Assembly: GCA_965277625.1 (NCBI GenBank)
Contig: OZ255827.1
Coordinates: forward strand, 1,935,123 to 1,999,122
Direction of reading: 5' to 3'
Length of the DNA: 64,000 bases
Source of the DNA: Gammaproteobacteria bacterium
Lineage (GTDB): Bacteria; Pseudomonadota; Gammaproteobacteria; CAKMZV01
A program made the position numbers and the translations under genes. The notes beneath the pieces are model-generated. The model ran no database searches and was not told where the DNA came from. It saw only the letters and a list, made by a program, of their open reading frames with translations. Shown piece by piece: positions 20,451 to 30,466 of the stretch (its first letter is position 1; the number at the start of each line of letters is the position of its first letter).

Positions 20451-21422
20451 CTAATGAATTTCTGCGCTTTTCGATTTTATCAGCAGTAGGGCTTTGAACC
20501 GCTCTGGCGGGAGTTGCTTCACCCAGTAGGCAAAAAACCCCATAAAAATCAATGTCAGAATCAAACGTCCAAATAAAATGGCGCTTAAATCTGCCCCAAT
20601 AAAAAGCATTAACAAGGTATCTTCGATAATAGAGTGGGTCAAACCCAGAAATGTCAGAGCACAAACCAAATCTCTTGGCGGAATGACATTGTTTTTACTC
20701 TGTTCTATGATCAAACCGCCGCCATAAGCAATCCCCAATGTCATGCCGATGATTGTTGTTATGGTGGCCTCTTCCCCTATACCTATACGGCTTAATAGGG
20801 GTTTCAACAAGCGGATCATATACTTCTCTAAATGGGTGGCCTTGAGGATTTCCATGAAGTAAACCAAAACCATAATAATGAGAAAAATCGCCAACCAAAT
20901 CTCAATTTGATAGACAAACCAAGGCATCCATGCGACTGGTGGGTGTACCAATGAAATGGTAAATTGCGCCGGCTCTTGCAGCCACCCACCTAATTCATAG
21001 GTTTGTGCGCAGATAAAGGCAAACAAAAATCCACAAATAAGCCGTATTGAAACAGCAAAAATACTGTTCATACCTGCTCGTTGCGCAATCCTCACTTCAA
21101 TGACCAAATTATGGGCCACCAGCATTAACAAAGCCAAGACACTGACTTGAGCCACACTGAGTGATAAGGTGTCCCACAAACCAATCAGCACAATAATGGC
21201 GCCGTATAATTGTAGGAAAATGGCTGCGGCCCAAACAATTCCTGTTTCACCAGGCAAGTTGAGGAGGTTCATCACAGGGGATAAATAATGACCAACAATA
21301 CCGATGAATTGGTAATTATCTTCTAAATATTTGATGATGATTAAAAGAGGGAAGGCCAGTTTAAAAACATGCCAAAACACCTTTAGGCTCAATATGAAAC
21401 CTTCAATGAAAAATTGTTTCAT
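20451..21422 (-). CDS. Integral membrane protein, nucleoside-recognition (Gate) domain-like
   Basis: 323 aa with 8 or more TM segments. Its general resemblance to the YjiH/SpmA-type Gate domain is a weak call. Confidence 0.4.
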   Translation of the reverse strand: MKQFFIEGFILSLKVFWHVFKLAFPLLIIIKYLEDNYQFIGIVGHYLSPVMNLLNLPGETGIVWAAAIFLQLYGAIIVLIGLWDTLSLSVAQVSVLALLMLVAHNLVIEVRIAQRAGMNSIFAVSIRLICGFLFAFICAQTYELGGWLQEPAQFTISLVHPPVAWMPWFVYQIEIWLAIFLIIMVLVYFMEILKATHLEKYMIRLLKPLLSRIGIGEEATITTIIGMTLGIAYGGGLIIEQSKNNVIPPRDLVCALTFLGLTHSIIEDTLLMLFIGADLSAILFGRLILTLIFMGFFAYWVKQLPPERFKALLLIKSKSAEIH

Positions 21423-21443
21423 GACTGTTTTATCTTGCCGTCA

Positions 21444-22406
21444 TTATTTTAGTCTTTTAGTCGCATTGATTGCCACATCTAATAATGCTTGCTTTTCTGC
21501 ACTCGGTTCAAGAAAACTGATGGATTGTTGCGCTTTTAAAGCATATTGCTCTGCCTCTTCTCTGGCATATTTGATTGAATCGGTTGCGTTGAGTATCGCT
21601 ATGAGATTGGGTAAATTTTCAATGGACGGTGCTTCAAGGATTTTAAGAATGGATTGTTTTTGTTCTTCACTGCCTTGTCTTAATGAATGAATGACTGGCA
21701 AAGTGATTAAGCCTTCGACAAAATCGTCACCCGCCGATTTGCCCATTATCTGATCTTCGCCAACGTAGTCCAATACATCATCCATGATTTGAAAAGCAAT
21801 GCCCAAGTATTTGCCATAATTTTTGAGTCCAACCATGGTCTTCTCGTCTGCATTTGTGAGGTAACCACCCATTGCCGTAGCGGTTTCAAACAAACAGGCT
21901 GTTTTACGATAAATCATCAGATGATATTGCGCTTCGCTCAAAGCCGTATCGCCCGTATTAATCAGTTGCATGACCTCCCCTTCGGAAATACGATTTGTGG
22001 TATCAGCAATCACGTCTAAAATATCTAAATTTTGAGGCTGTATCATAAGCTGAAAAGCGCGGGAATAGAGAAAATCACCAATCAAAACGCTGGGCGCATT
22101 ACCCCAGAGGCTATTGACCGTTTGGTTGCCACGACGTTGGTTCGATTCGTCCACCACGTCATCATGTAATAAGGTAGCCGTATGAATGAACTCAATAACG
22201 GTCGCCATGACAATATGATGTGACCCTTTATAGCCTAAAATGCGGGCGACCAGCAAGCATAATTGCGGGCGCAAACGTTTCCCACCACTATCAATAATAT
22301 ATCTGCAAACTTGGTTTATCAGATCAATGTCTGAATTTAAGTTTTCCTGAATAAGCTGATCAACCTTTTGAAAATCATCGGTCAGGGTCGGGCTAATTAG
22401 ATGCAT
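21444..22406 (-). CDS. ispB: Octaprenyl-diphosphate synthase (trans-polyprenyl synthase)
   Basis: Start moved to 'MHLISPTL'. 'LLHDDVVDES' (first DDxxD) and 'FQIMDDVLD' (second DDxxD) are present. Confidence 0.85.
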   Translation of the reverse strand: MHLISPTLTDDFQKVDQLIQENLNSDIDLINQVCRYIIDSGGKRLRPQLCLLVARILGYKGSHHIVMATVIEFIHTATLLHDDVVDESNQRRGNQTVNSLWGNAPSVLIGDFLYSRAFQLMIQPQNLDILDVIADTTNRISEGEVMQLINTGDTALSEAQYHLMIYRKTACLFETATAMGGYLTNADEKTMVGLKNYGKYLGIAFQIMDDVLDYVGEDQIMGKSAGDDFVEGLITLPVIHSLRQGSEEQKQSILKILEAPSIENLPNLIAILNATDSIKYAREEAEQYALKAQQSISFLEPSAEKQALLDVAINATKRLK

Positions 22407-22422
22407 GTTTATCAGTATTCCA

Positions 22423-23349
22423 TCAATTTTTCGCTTGGGTTTTAAGCCAAAGCAAAGCATTTTCTTTATCTTTTGCAATTTGATTCTTTAGAGCATTTAA
22501 GGACTCAAACGTTTTTTCCTCTCTCAAGAACCGAACGAATTTAACCGTCATTTTCTGTCCATAAATATCCTGGTTAAAATCCAGAATATAAACTTCTAAA
22601 CGGTATTTTTTACCTGCCAAGGTGGGTCTGATCCCAACATTGGCTAAACCCCAATGAAGGTTTGAATTCAACGTCACACGAACCAAGAATACACCGCGCA
22701 GAGGTGTTGGGTATTGTAATCGCAAATTTGCCGTTGGGAAACCCAATTGACGACCCATCTGATCGCCTTTTTCAATGCGGGCGGTCACTTTATAGGGGAA
22801 CCCCAAAAGACTTTCTGCACCTTGCAAATCCCCTTTTGCCAATTGATGACGAATTTGGGTGCTTGACACTCTTAAGCCAGAGGATTTCAGTGTCCCAAGT
22901 TGGTGCGCCTTAAAACCCAAGGTGTCTCCCATTTGACGGATTAAATCAAAATCGCCTTGGCGTTTATTGCCAAATCTAAAATCATGTCCAATTAAAATGT
23001 CTGTCGGCATGAGTTGAGCGTTTAAGTGCTCGATAAAAGCATTGGCTTCGGTTTGTGCCAATGCTTGGTTAAATGTCAGTATGAGCACATAATCAATGGG
23101 CGTTTGTTGTAGGATTCTGAGTTTGTCTTGTAATTGGGTAATCCTTTTAATGCCGTCGTTTGGCTTAAAAAACTCAATGGGCTGGGGCTCAAAGATGATT
23201 AGGACGCTGGGTTTATCAGCACTACGCATTTTCTTTAAGGCATCAATCAGAAATTGGTGGCCTCTGTGCACCCCATCAAAGTTACCAATTGTCACGACGC
23301 TTGTATTCAAGCTTTTGGGCACATTGTGCCATCCTCTGATGATTTTCAT
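22423..23349 (-). CDS. ribF: Bifunctional riboflavin kinase / FAD synthetase
   Basis: 308 aa. 'IGNFDGVHRGHQ' nucleotidyltransferase motif, and a C-terminal 'GFPTANL...PLRGVF' riboflavin kinase domain. Confidence 0.9.
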   Translation of the reverse strand: MKIIRGWHNVPKSLNTSVVTIGNFDGVHRGHQFLIDALKKMRSADKPSVLIIFEPQPIEFFKPNDGIKRITQLQDKLRILQQTPIDYVLILTFNQALAQTEANAFIEHLNAQLMPTDILIGHDFRFGNKRQGDFDLIRQMGDTLGFKAHQLGTLKSSGLRVSSTQIRHQLAKGDLQGAESLLGFPYKVTARIEKGDQMGRQLGFPTANLRLQYPTPLRGVFLVRVTLNSNLHWGLANVGIRPTLAGKKYRLEVYILDFNQDIYGQKMTVKFVRFLREEKTFESLNALKNQIAKDKENALLWLKTQAKN

Positions 23350-24866
23350 GCTTTCATTAAAGTCATAATGCTGATGCCCATTAAAGCCGTTGATGCCAAA
23401 TAACTCAGAGCACCTGCAAAAATAATGCCCAATAATTGCGCGATTTTATACCAAAACGATAAGGATTCCCAACTTTGTACCAATGACAATAATCCCAAAA
23501 CAACCACGACCATGATGAACACCGACAACAGCTGCTTTAAAACAACGGTTATTAAGGGTTTATTGATTTGCCATAGCCCTGCCTTATGTAGAAACCACAT
23601 TAATAATAGCGCATTCAACCAGCCAGATAAAGCAGTCGCAAGGGCTAATCCAGCATGCTTTAAAGGGCCCATTAAAATGAGGTTTAAAATGACATTCGCA
23701 ATTAAAGCAATGATGGCAATTTTGGCTGGCGTTTTTGTATCTTGCTGGGCGAAAAATGCCGGCGCCATAATTTTGATCAACACAAAAGCAGGCAAACCAA
23801 CCACATAACCCATTAAGCTCAAGGATGCCATATGCGCATCGTGGACACTGAACGCGCCATAGGCAAACAAAGTTAAGAGCAATGGATAACTTAATAACAA
23901 CAGTCCCGCTGTTGCGGGCAATGAGACGAATGCCCCCAATTTTAATGCCCAATTTACATTGTTTTGAAAGGCCTGATGATTGCCTTGCACAATGTGTTTT
24001 GAAAAAGCAGGTAATATCACGGTTCCAATCGCCACCCCAACAATGCCTAATGGAAATTCCAGTAAACGATCAGAATAATATAACCACGAAACACTGCCAC
24101 TGACCAATAATGAAGCCAAGATTGTATCAACCAATAGATTTATTTGAGCGACTGAGACCCCCAACAACGCAGGTATCATGAGCCGAACAGTTTTCTTAAC
24201 TTCTTTGGTACGCCAGTAAGTCAACCGAATTCTATAGCCCGCACGACGAACAAAATGCCATAACCATAACAATTGTATGATGCCTGCAGCAAACACCCCC
24301 CAGCCCAATGCAATGATCGGCTGGTCAAAGTAAGTGGTGCCGAACAGTGCTGCAATAATCAGGCTAATATTCAAAAACACCGGCGCAAAAGCGGCAGCGC
24401 TAAATTGACCCAATGTGTTCAATATTCCAGCAAACAAAGCGCTCAGAGAAATGAAGAATAAATAGGGGAAAGTTAGTATCAGCAGATCAACCGCTAATTC
24501 AGTCTTGCCGACGTTTTGAGCAAAACCTGGTGAAAATAAAGTAATCACCCATGGCGCAGCCAACATGCCCAAACTGCAAAACACAAATAAAGTGAATGCC
24601 AAAGCACTGAACACGGCATTGATGTATGGTTGCTCAGATGCTTCTTTATTGCGCTCCTCACTTAAAATGGGAATAAACGCTTGAGAAAAAGCCCCCTCTG
24701 CAAACATTCTGCGAAATAGGTTGGGAATCCTAAATGCCACAAAAAAAGCATCCGCTGCTTCGCTACTACCAAACGCTCTGGCAATAAAAACATCGCGCGC
24801 AAAACCAAAGACTCTTGAAACAAAGGTTATGCCCGCAAAACGACTGAATGCTTTAAATAAGACCAT
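23346..24866 (-). CDS. murJ: Lipid II flippase MurJ (MviN)
   Basis: 506 aa. 'FGFARDVFIARAFG...ADAFFVAFRIPNLFRRMFAEGAFSQAFIP' is the canonical MurJ N-terminus. About 14 TM segments. Confidence 0.9.
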   Translation of the reverse strand: MVLFKAFSRFAGITFVSRVFGFARDVFIARAFGSSEAADAFFVAFRIPNLFRRMFAEGAFSQAFIPILSEERNKEASEQPYINAVFSALAFTLFVFCSLGMLAAPWVITLFSPGFAQNVGKTELAVDLLILTFPYLFFISLSALFAGILNTLGQFSAAAFAPVFLNISLIIAALFGTTYFDQPIIALGWGVFAAGIIQLLWLWHFVRRAGYRIRLTYWRTKEVKKTVRLMIPALLGVSVAQINLLVDTILASLLVSGSVSWLYYSDRLLEFPLGIVGVAIGTVILPAFSKHIVQGNHQAFQNNVNWALKLGAFVSLPATAGLLLLSYPLLLTLFAYGAFSVHDAHMASLSLMGYVVGLPAFVLIKIMAPAFFAQQDTKTPAKIAIIALIANVILNLILMGPLKHAGLALATALSGWLNALLLMWFLHKAGLWQINKPLITVVLKQLLSVFIMVVVVLGLLSLVQSWESLSFWYKIAQLLGIIFAGALSYLASTALMGISIMTLMKA

Positions 24867-25244
24867 ATGAATGCAATGGTTGTGCCAATTCCTCGGCTAA
24901 TAAGGCCACGATTGATGTTTTTACAATGTTCATGGGGTTATGACGTGAGATGCACCTTATTGATTTCTTTGACCGCACAATAAGCTACTACCATGGCGGA
25001 GACGGGTCGTGGAGACATTGCAAAAAGGTTCATAAGCATTAAATTTAATAGGCGCTAAAGGGCTGGCAACAAAAGTTATTCGCAATTATTTTAACGATTC
25101 AATGCCAATTGTGAAATTATAACCAGCCACTAAATGAATATCAGCATGAATTGCCTTAGTTCATTTGCAAGTTTTAATAAGAATGTATGGAAGTCTGGGT
25201 GGAAATCAGAATCGCCATCCCTTTAGAATGAGAATTAGGACATT

Positions 25245-26171
25245 CTAATTAGGGTTATTCGCATTTTTCAACATGCCAATCCCTTTATGATTTTCTACTA
25301 TTTTGTATGCAGGTGTATTCATAAACATATGCATGTTGCAATGATGTACAGTAAGAATGAGGTCTTGTAATTCATGATCTTTTTCAAGTAATTCAATCTT
25401 TAGCCCCATACTTTTACACTCATCAAGATGATAGTGTCGATCGTGTCCATCTTTATATTGTGTTAGATTATCCACAACTTTTTTTGCTTTAAAATTAGCA
25501 TTCTCCATACCTTTAAACATCACCTTTGTCAGCTGGTCTTCAACAAATTGGTTAGATTGCTCAATTGCATGTTCACACTGTGTTAAAAAAGTTGGTTTAT
25601 ATTGTTTTATGATTAGTTCCCAAATTGCTAATTTTGCTTTATTAACTTCTCCATTTGGCAATCTAATTTCTTCATAAGCCCGCTTAAATTCTTCAATGAC
25701 ACCATAAGCAGGAACGCCTGCTAATTGTGGGTCTATAGGACCAAGATTTAATTCTTTGCCCATTAAGATAGACTTGCATGAACAAGCAATCATCGTTCCA
25801 GCAGACATGGCAATTTGTGGAATTACAGCTCTAATATTTGTGCCAAACATCCCTCTCAAATAATGAACAAGTGATTGTGTAGCAGAAATACTCCCGCCAG
25901 GTGTATGAAGAAATAAATCTAACCCCTTGGAACGATCTAAACCGTGTACAGCAGTCATGAATCCATTTATATCTTCATCAACTAGCGAATTAAAATGGAT
26001 ATTTGGTTTTGATAGCCAGCCCGAATAATATACAATAATGTTTCTACCCGTCTTTTTATGCAATTTAGCTAGGTATTGATGTCTAACGGATGTATGAGCG
26101 TTTAGGGAAATTTGATTATGAGTCGTAGCTATGAAGGCTATTTCTTCGAGCACTTTATTCCAACTTGGCAT
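25245..26171 (-). CDS. SDH/S49-type ClpP-fold serine protease family protein (accessory gene in an AT-rich insertion)
   Basis: 308 aa. 'LHTPGGSISATQ...IAMSAGTMIA' has the ClpP/crotonase-fold GG-S nucleophile-elbow arrangement seen in S49/SDH (PF01972-like) proteases. It has its own RBS (agggacaaataATG). The local base composition is distinctly more AT-rich than the flanking core genes. Confidence 0.55.
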   Translation of the reverse strand: MPSWNKVLEEIAFIATTHNQISLNAHTSVRHQYLAKLHKKTGRNIIVYYSGWLSKPNIHFNSLVDEDINGFMTAVHGLDRSKGLDLFLHTPGGSISATQSLVHYLRGMFGTNIRAVIPQIAMSAGTMIACSCKSILMGKELNLGPIDPQLAGVPAYGVIEEFKRAYEEIRLPNGEVNKAKLAIWELIIKQYKPTFLTQCEHAIEQSNQFVEDQLTKVMFKGMENANFKAKKVVDNLTQYKDGHDRHYHLDECKSMGLKIELLEKDHELQDLILTVHHCNMHMFMNTPAYKIVENHKGIGMLKNANNPN

Positions 26172-26201
26172 TATTTGTCCCTATAAAGCGCTCGTTATTA
26201 T

Positions 26202-26402
26202 TTATTTCGGTTTTATTTGGCTTATTCCTGAAGAGGAGCTTGTAGTGGAGTCAACCACTTTTTGAAAAAGAGGTTGCTCTAACCAATATTCATCATCTTG
26301 TTTGAACGTTCTGTCTTCGGTTTCTGGGAATAAACTAACATGTTTTTCTTGCAAAGAAATAAGCGTATTTTCATCATGATTACTTTTCATCTGACACTCC
26401 AA
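26202..26402 (-). CDS. Small acidic hypothetical protein (66 aa), operonic with the downstream protease gene
   Basis: Good SD (ttttGGAGtgtcagATG). A 30-nt spacer separates it from the protease start. Acidic, Ser-rich C-terminus, no TM. No homology recognised. Confidence 0.4.
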   Translation of the reverse strand: MECQMKSNHDENTLISLQEKHVSLFPETEDRTFKQDDEYWLEQPLFQKVVDSTTSSSSGISQIKPK

Positions 26403-26607
26403 AATTAGATTCTAGTACTTAGGATCCAATTTTATCATAATTGCTTTTTTGTGCTATATCATTAACTATACCAACAGTGTTTTCATTTATCACATGGTGA
26501 TTTTGACATTTTATATTTGGTCTATGCATTAAGATTTTAGTTGAATGTACAACAAAAAATCCTTTGCCTCAGTACGTTCAGCCGCTCCCATTTTATGGGC
26601 AGATTGA

Positions 26608-27516
26608 TTATGTGACTGTTTGTAGCAATGACCGCATAGTTGTTAAGGCTTTGCTCGCATAAGCGCCGCCGAATAAATTGAAATGATTCAGAATATGATA
26701 TAAATTATAGAGTTGTTTGCGTGTTTGATATTCTGGGGATGGCGCGCGGTGGTGCCAATATGCATCGTAAAAGGCTTGGCTGAACCCGCCAAATAATTCT
26801 GTCATGGCCATGTCGGATTCTGAATCTCCGACATAGCAGGCTGGGTCATAAACCACAGCCACATTTTGTTCAATTTGCCCCACATTGCCCGCCCAAAGAT
26901 CACCGTGTAGTAAACTACTTTTGGGTGATTGCGGCAGCAATTCGGTCAAGTAGGGGTGCAGTTTTTGTGCAGTTTCAATCACCACTTGGGCAATCTGATT
27001 GTCCTGTGCTTTTTGTAGTTGCGGCGTAAATCTTTGAGTTTTCCAGAATTCCAACCACGATTGGCTTTGTTGGTTCAATTGCAGACTTTGCCCCAACCAG
27101 TTATCCGCATGCCAGCCATACCAATCATAGTCGTGCTGATAATGCAAGGCTGCCAATTGTTCGCCAAGCCTTTTCTGCCCGATCTCTGAAGTAGGTTGTA
27201 GTGTTAAAAATTCCGTCACCAACCACGCGTGATGAGCGTTTGATTCGCAGACGATGACTTTTGGGCAGCGAATGGTTTGAGTGGCTTCGATCGCTTGAAG
27301 CGACATCATTTCCGCCTCAAAACGGGGTATATTGCAAGCCGGTCCAACTTTGATGAAATGCGTCCTTGTTTTGGCCACAAGTTTGCCGTATGATTGGTCG
27401 CCTTGGGTTTGTAATGAATGCCACTGCAAGCCATCCACAGGCTGACCCGCGTGTGCTAAGCTGGTTTTAACCGTAGAGAACCAATCTGGCTCAATGAATG
27501 CTTTTTGCGGGCTCAT
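26608..27516 (-). CDS. Fructosamine/ketosamine-3-kinase family protein
   Basis: 302 aa. 'LLHGDLWAGN' (kinase catalytic loop of the fructosamine kinase / APH fold), 'VYDPACYVGDSESDMAM'. Confidence 0.75.
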   Translation of the reverse strand: MSPQKAFIEPDWFSTVKTSLAHAGQPVDGLQWHSLQTQGDQSYGKLVAKTRTHFIKVGPACNIPRFEAEMMSLQAIEATQTIRCPKVIVCESNAHHAWLVTEFLTLQPTSEIGQKRLGEQLAALHYQHDYDWYGWHADNWLGQSLQLNQQSQSWLEFWKTQRFTPQLQKAQDNQIAQVVIETAQKLHPYLTELLPQSPKSSLLHGDLWAGNVGQIEQNVAVVYDPACYVGDSESDMAMTELFGGFSQAFYDAYWHHRAPSPEYQTRKQLYNLYHILNHFNLFGGAYASKALTTMRSLLQTVT

Positions 27517-27547
27517 GTTACAAGCTATTGTGCTATTGCCCTAGCCT

Positions 27548-30166
27548 CTAAAACAGTTTTTCCCGCAACGCACTTTCGCTATTTCCTTCTGAGTTGTCTT
27601 GGGTTGTGCTTTCTCCTGATGGCTGCGTCCCAGTCTGCTCAGATTCGGGCACATATTGACGTCTAAATATTTCAAACATAACATTGTTGTCATTTGCCAA
27701 TAGGTCCGATACCCGTCCAGTTTTTTTATTAATTTTAACGGTCACAATGTTTTCTGGAGGCTCTACAGGTTTTGGAATTTCATCCGCAATGGCGATTTTC
27801 ATATAATCAATCCAAATGGGTAAAGCCAACCGTGATCCTGTTTCTCTTTTGCCCAAAGTAGCGGGGCTGTCTTTGCCGACCCAAACAGTGGTGAGCGTGC
27901 CTTGACTAAATCCAGAAAACCAAGCATCAAACTGATTGTTTGTGGTCCCAGTCTTCCCACCAAGGTCTTTACGGTTCAGTGTTCTTGCTCTGCGTCCAGT
28001 ACCAGATTGAACCACATCTTTTAATATATTAGACATGATGTAATTGACGTCTGAATCAAGCGTTTTTTGTGCCACCCCTTGGGTATTTTCTGCACAAAAA
28101 TCACAGACAACAGGCAGTTTATTTTGATAAACGACTTTGCCATCGCTGTCTAATATTTTGCTGATCACATGGGGCGTGATTAGGTAGCCCCCGTTGGCAA
28201 AAACGGCATAACCGCGAGCAATATTCAATGCCGAAGTTGGTACACTGCCCAAAGCGACGGATAAATTTTTATTCAGTTTGTATTTTCGTGCTGAAAAACC
28301 GAAGCGGGTTAAATAATTCAGGGAATAGTTAATTCCGACCTGATGCATCAATCGTACCGATACAAGATTCCTTGATTTCACTAAGCCCTCACGCAATCGA
28401 GTCGGGCCGAAGTAGCGCCCAGAATAATTGGACGGTTGCCAAAGGTTTCCCGTCGCATAATCTTCAAATGATAAGGGGGCATCATTAATGATACTCGCTG
28501 CTGTGTAGCCTTTGCTCAAAGCGGCTGCGTAAATAAATGGCTTGAAATTCGACCCTGGTTGGCGTGTGGCTTGGATTGCACGATTGAATTTATAGTTTTG
28601 ATAACTGTATCCCCCAACCAAAGCCTGTATGGAACCATCAAAGGGGTTTAGACTGATTAGAGCGCCCTGCGCAATGGGTGCGGTATTGAGCAACCATTTT
28701 TTATCATACTGTAAATAGGCAACCGCGCCCACGGGTAATATGGTTGGCAGCTCAACCTTAATGGCTTCAAAGTCAACGGGTCTTTGGATGTCTTCATAAA
28801 CATTGACCAAAGTAGAAATAACTTCTACGGCACCTTCATCATTGATTGTGACGATCTGTGTTGATTCTTGACCGATGAAAATAGAAACTGTGGTGAATTC
28901 AACCATTACTTCAACACTTGTGGTCGATTCATCTGGATAGAGCGGCGTTTCAATAATGGGTCTTTGTGGATCATATGTTTTAAACAATTTCAGTTGTTGT
29001 TGGTCGAGTTCGATATGCCTTTGCTGTTGCTGATCACTTGCTTCCAGCATAAATTTAACGGCAGAATTGCCCGACTCAACGACCACAGCTCTATGCAATC
29101 CTTCAATGGCCTCCACCGCTTCAATGGCATCTTCAAAAGAAGCCTCACCCCATTCTTGACCCTCGGGTAAATTGAAATATTTGGCAGCACCTGGATAAGG
29201 TTGACGTAAGTTATACGCCAATAATCCATTCTGAACCGCTTCATTGGCAGCCTGTTGTTTTTTAGAATCTATGGTCGTTATGACTTTATAGCCACCAGTA
29301 AAAGCATCCTCACCTAAGATTTCTCTGGCTTCGACTCTGGCCATTTCGGAAACATAACCAGCCTCTAATTCAATGTCAGCCCCATGTCGTTTTGCATGCA
29401 CAGGCGTCGCCAATGCTTCTTGATAAACGGCTTGTGAAATTTTCCCTTCTGAGAGCATTCGTTGAAGAATGTAATCTCGGCGAACCTTTGCTCTACTTGG
29501 GTTGATGATTGGATTAAAGGTAGAAGGCGCTTTTGGCAACCCTGCGAGCATAGCCGATTCTGCAACCGTGAGTTCTGCCATCTTTTTGCCGTAATAGGTT
29601 TGAGCGGCTGTTTCAAATCCATACGATCTATAACCTAAGAACACCTTGTTCATGTACAACAATAAAATATCATCCTTAGATAACATTTGTTCTAACTTCA
29701 ATGCAATCATGATTTCGACCAGTTTTCGAGTCACTGTTTTTTTACGACTGAGATAATAATTGCGTGCCAATTGCATGGTCAAGGTACTGGCGCCTTGCTT
29801 TTTCTCTCCTGTTCTTATCCATTCAATCGCTGCTCGAACAAGCCCTAAAAAATCAACGCCTGAATGCTCATAGAAGCGACTGTCCTCAGTGACCACCAAT
29901 GCATCTCTTAGCGATTGGGGAATTTGATCATAAGTCAATAAATAGCGCCGTGTCGTCCCAACTTCATTGATTAACTTTCCATCTTGAGTGTAAATTTTCA
30001 TCGGCAACTTAAGACCAATGGTCTTAACAGTACTCACATCGGGTACCAAAGGCTCTATCTCACTGTCATAGAATAAATAAGCCGCGACGCCACCCCCTAT
30101 TGCCACAAGGGTACCGAAGATCAACAAGGCGTAGAATAATTTTTTTAAATATTTTAGAAAAGACAT
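27548..30166 (-). CDS. mrcA: Penicillin-binding protein 1A (bifunctional transglycosylase/transpeptidase)
   Basis: 872 aa. N-terminal TM; 'EDSRFYEHSGVD' (GT51 motif); 'RQPGSNFKP' (SxxK) and 'KTGTT' transpeptidase motifs. Confidence 0.92.
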   Translation of the reverse strand: MSFLKYLKKLFYALLIFGTLVAIGGGVAAYLFYDSEIEPLVPDVSTVKTIGLKLPMKIYTQDGKLINEVGTTRRYLLTYDQIPQSLRDALVVTEDSRFYEHSGVDFLGLVRAAIEWIRTGEKKQGASTLTMQLARNYYLSRKKTVTRKLVEIMIALKLEQMLSKDDILLLYMNKVFLGYRSYGFETAAQTYYGKKMAELTVAESAMLAGLPKAPSTFNPIINPSRAKVRRDYILQRMLSEGKISQAVYQEALATPVHAKRHGADIELEAGYVSEMARVEAREILGEDAFTGGYKVITTIDSKKQQAANEAVQNGLLAYNLRQPYPGAAKYFNLPEGQEWGEASFEDAIEAVEAIEGLHRAVVVESGNSAVKFMLEASDQQQQRHIELDQQQLKLFKTYDPQRPIIETPLYPDESTTSVEVMVEFTTVSIFIGQESTQIVTINDEGAVEVISTLVNVYEDIQRPVDFEAIKVELPTILPVGAVAYLQYDKKWLLNTAPIAQGALISLNPFDGSIQALVGGYSYQNYKFNRAIQATRQPGSNFKPFIYAAALSKGYTAASIINDAPLSFEDYATGNLWQPSNYSGRYFGPTRLREGLVKSRNLVSVRLMHQVGINYSLNYLTRFGFSARKYKLNKNLSVALGSVPTSALNIARGYAVFANGGYLITPHVISKILDSDGKVVYQNKLPVVCDFCAENTQGVAQKTLDSDVNYIMSNILKDVVQSGTGRRARTLNRKDLGGKTGTTNNQFDAWFSGFSQGTLTTVWVGKDSPATLGKRETGSRLALPIWIDYMKIAIADEIPKPVEPPENIVTVKINKKTGRVSDLLANDNNVMFEIFRRQYVPESEQTGTQPSGESTTQDNSEGNSESALREKLF

Positions 30167-30202
30167 GAAATATTTGCGTTCATTGGGCGTATTGCAACAA
30201 TA

Positions 30203-30466
30203 CTATTGTACGTAATCCTCATTATTCGGCATCTGAATATAGTATTTTTTTTCTTGCATTGTTTTTAAGGCGTCCTTGGCACTGCCTTGTTGCAATCTTG
30301 TTTTATCGGTTAATTGAAAATCATAAAAGGGCTCAAGCGGATGAAAGTACGTCATCAGTGATTCGGGTAATACCGTGAGTAAATCGACTTCCTTTTGGCA
30401 AAAAATATAATAGCCCTCGCGCTTTTTCGACCGCCAAACCACACATTGTATGCTCATTAGACGCAC
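30203..30466 (-). CDS. ycgL: YcgL-domain protein
   Basis: 87 aa. 'CVVWRSKKREGYYIFCQKE...VLPESLMTYF...KKYYIQMP' aligns with E. coli YcgL ('[30 protein letters not shown]...QGYYLQLP'). Confidence 0.7.
   Translation of the reverse strand: MRLMSIQCVVWRSKKREGYYIFCQKEVDLLTVLPESLMTYFHPLEPFYDFQLTDKTRLQQGSAKDALKTMQEKKYYIQMPNNEDYVQ

Noticed and set aside
26583-26603. Short palindrome cccattttatggg just downstream of the fructosamine-kinase gene
   Set aside because: Only a 4-5 bp stem with a weak T-tract. It may be a weak terminator but is too marginal to annotate.
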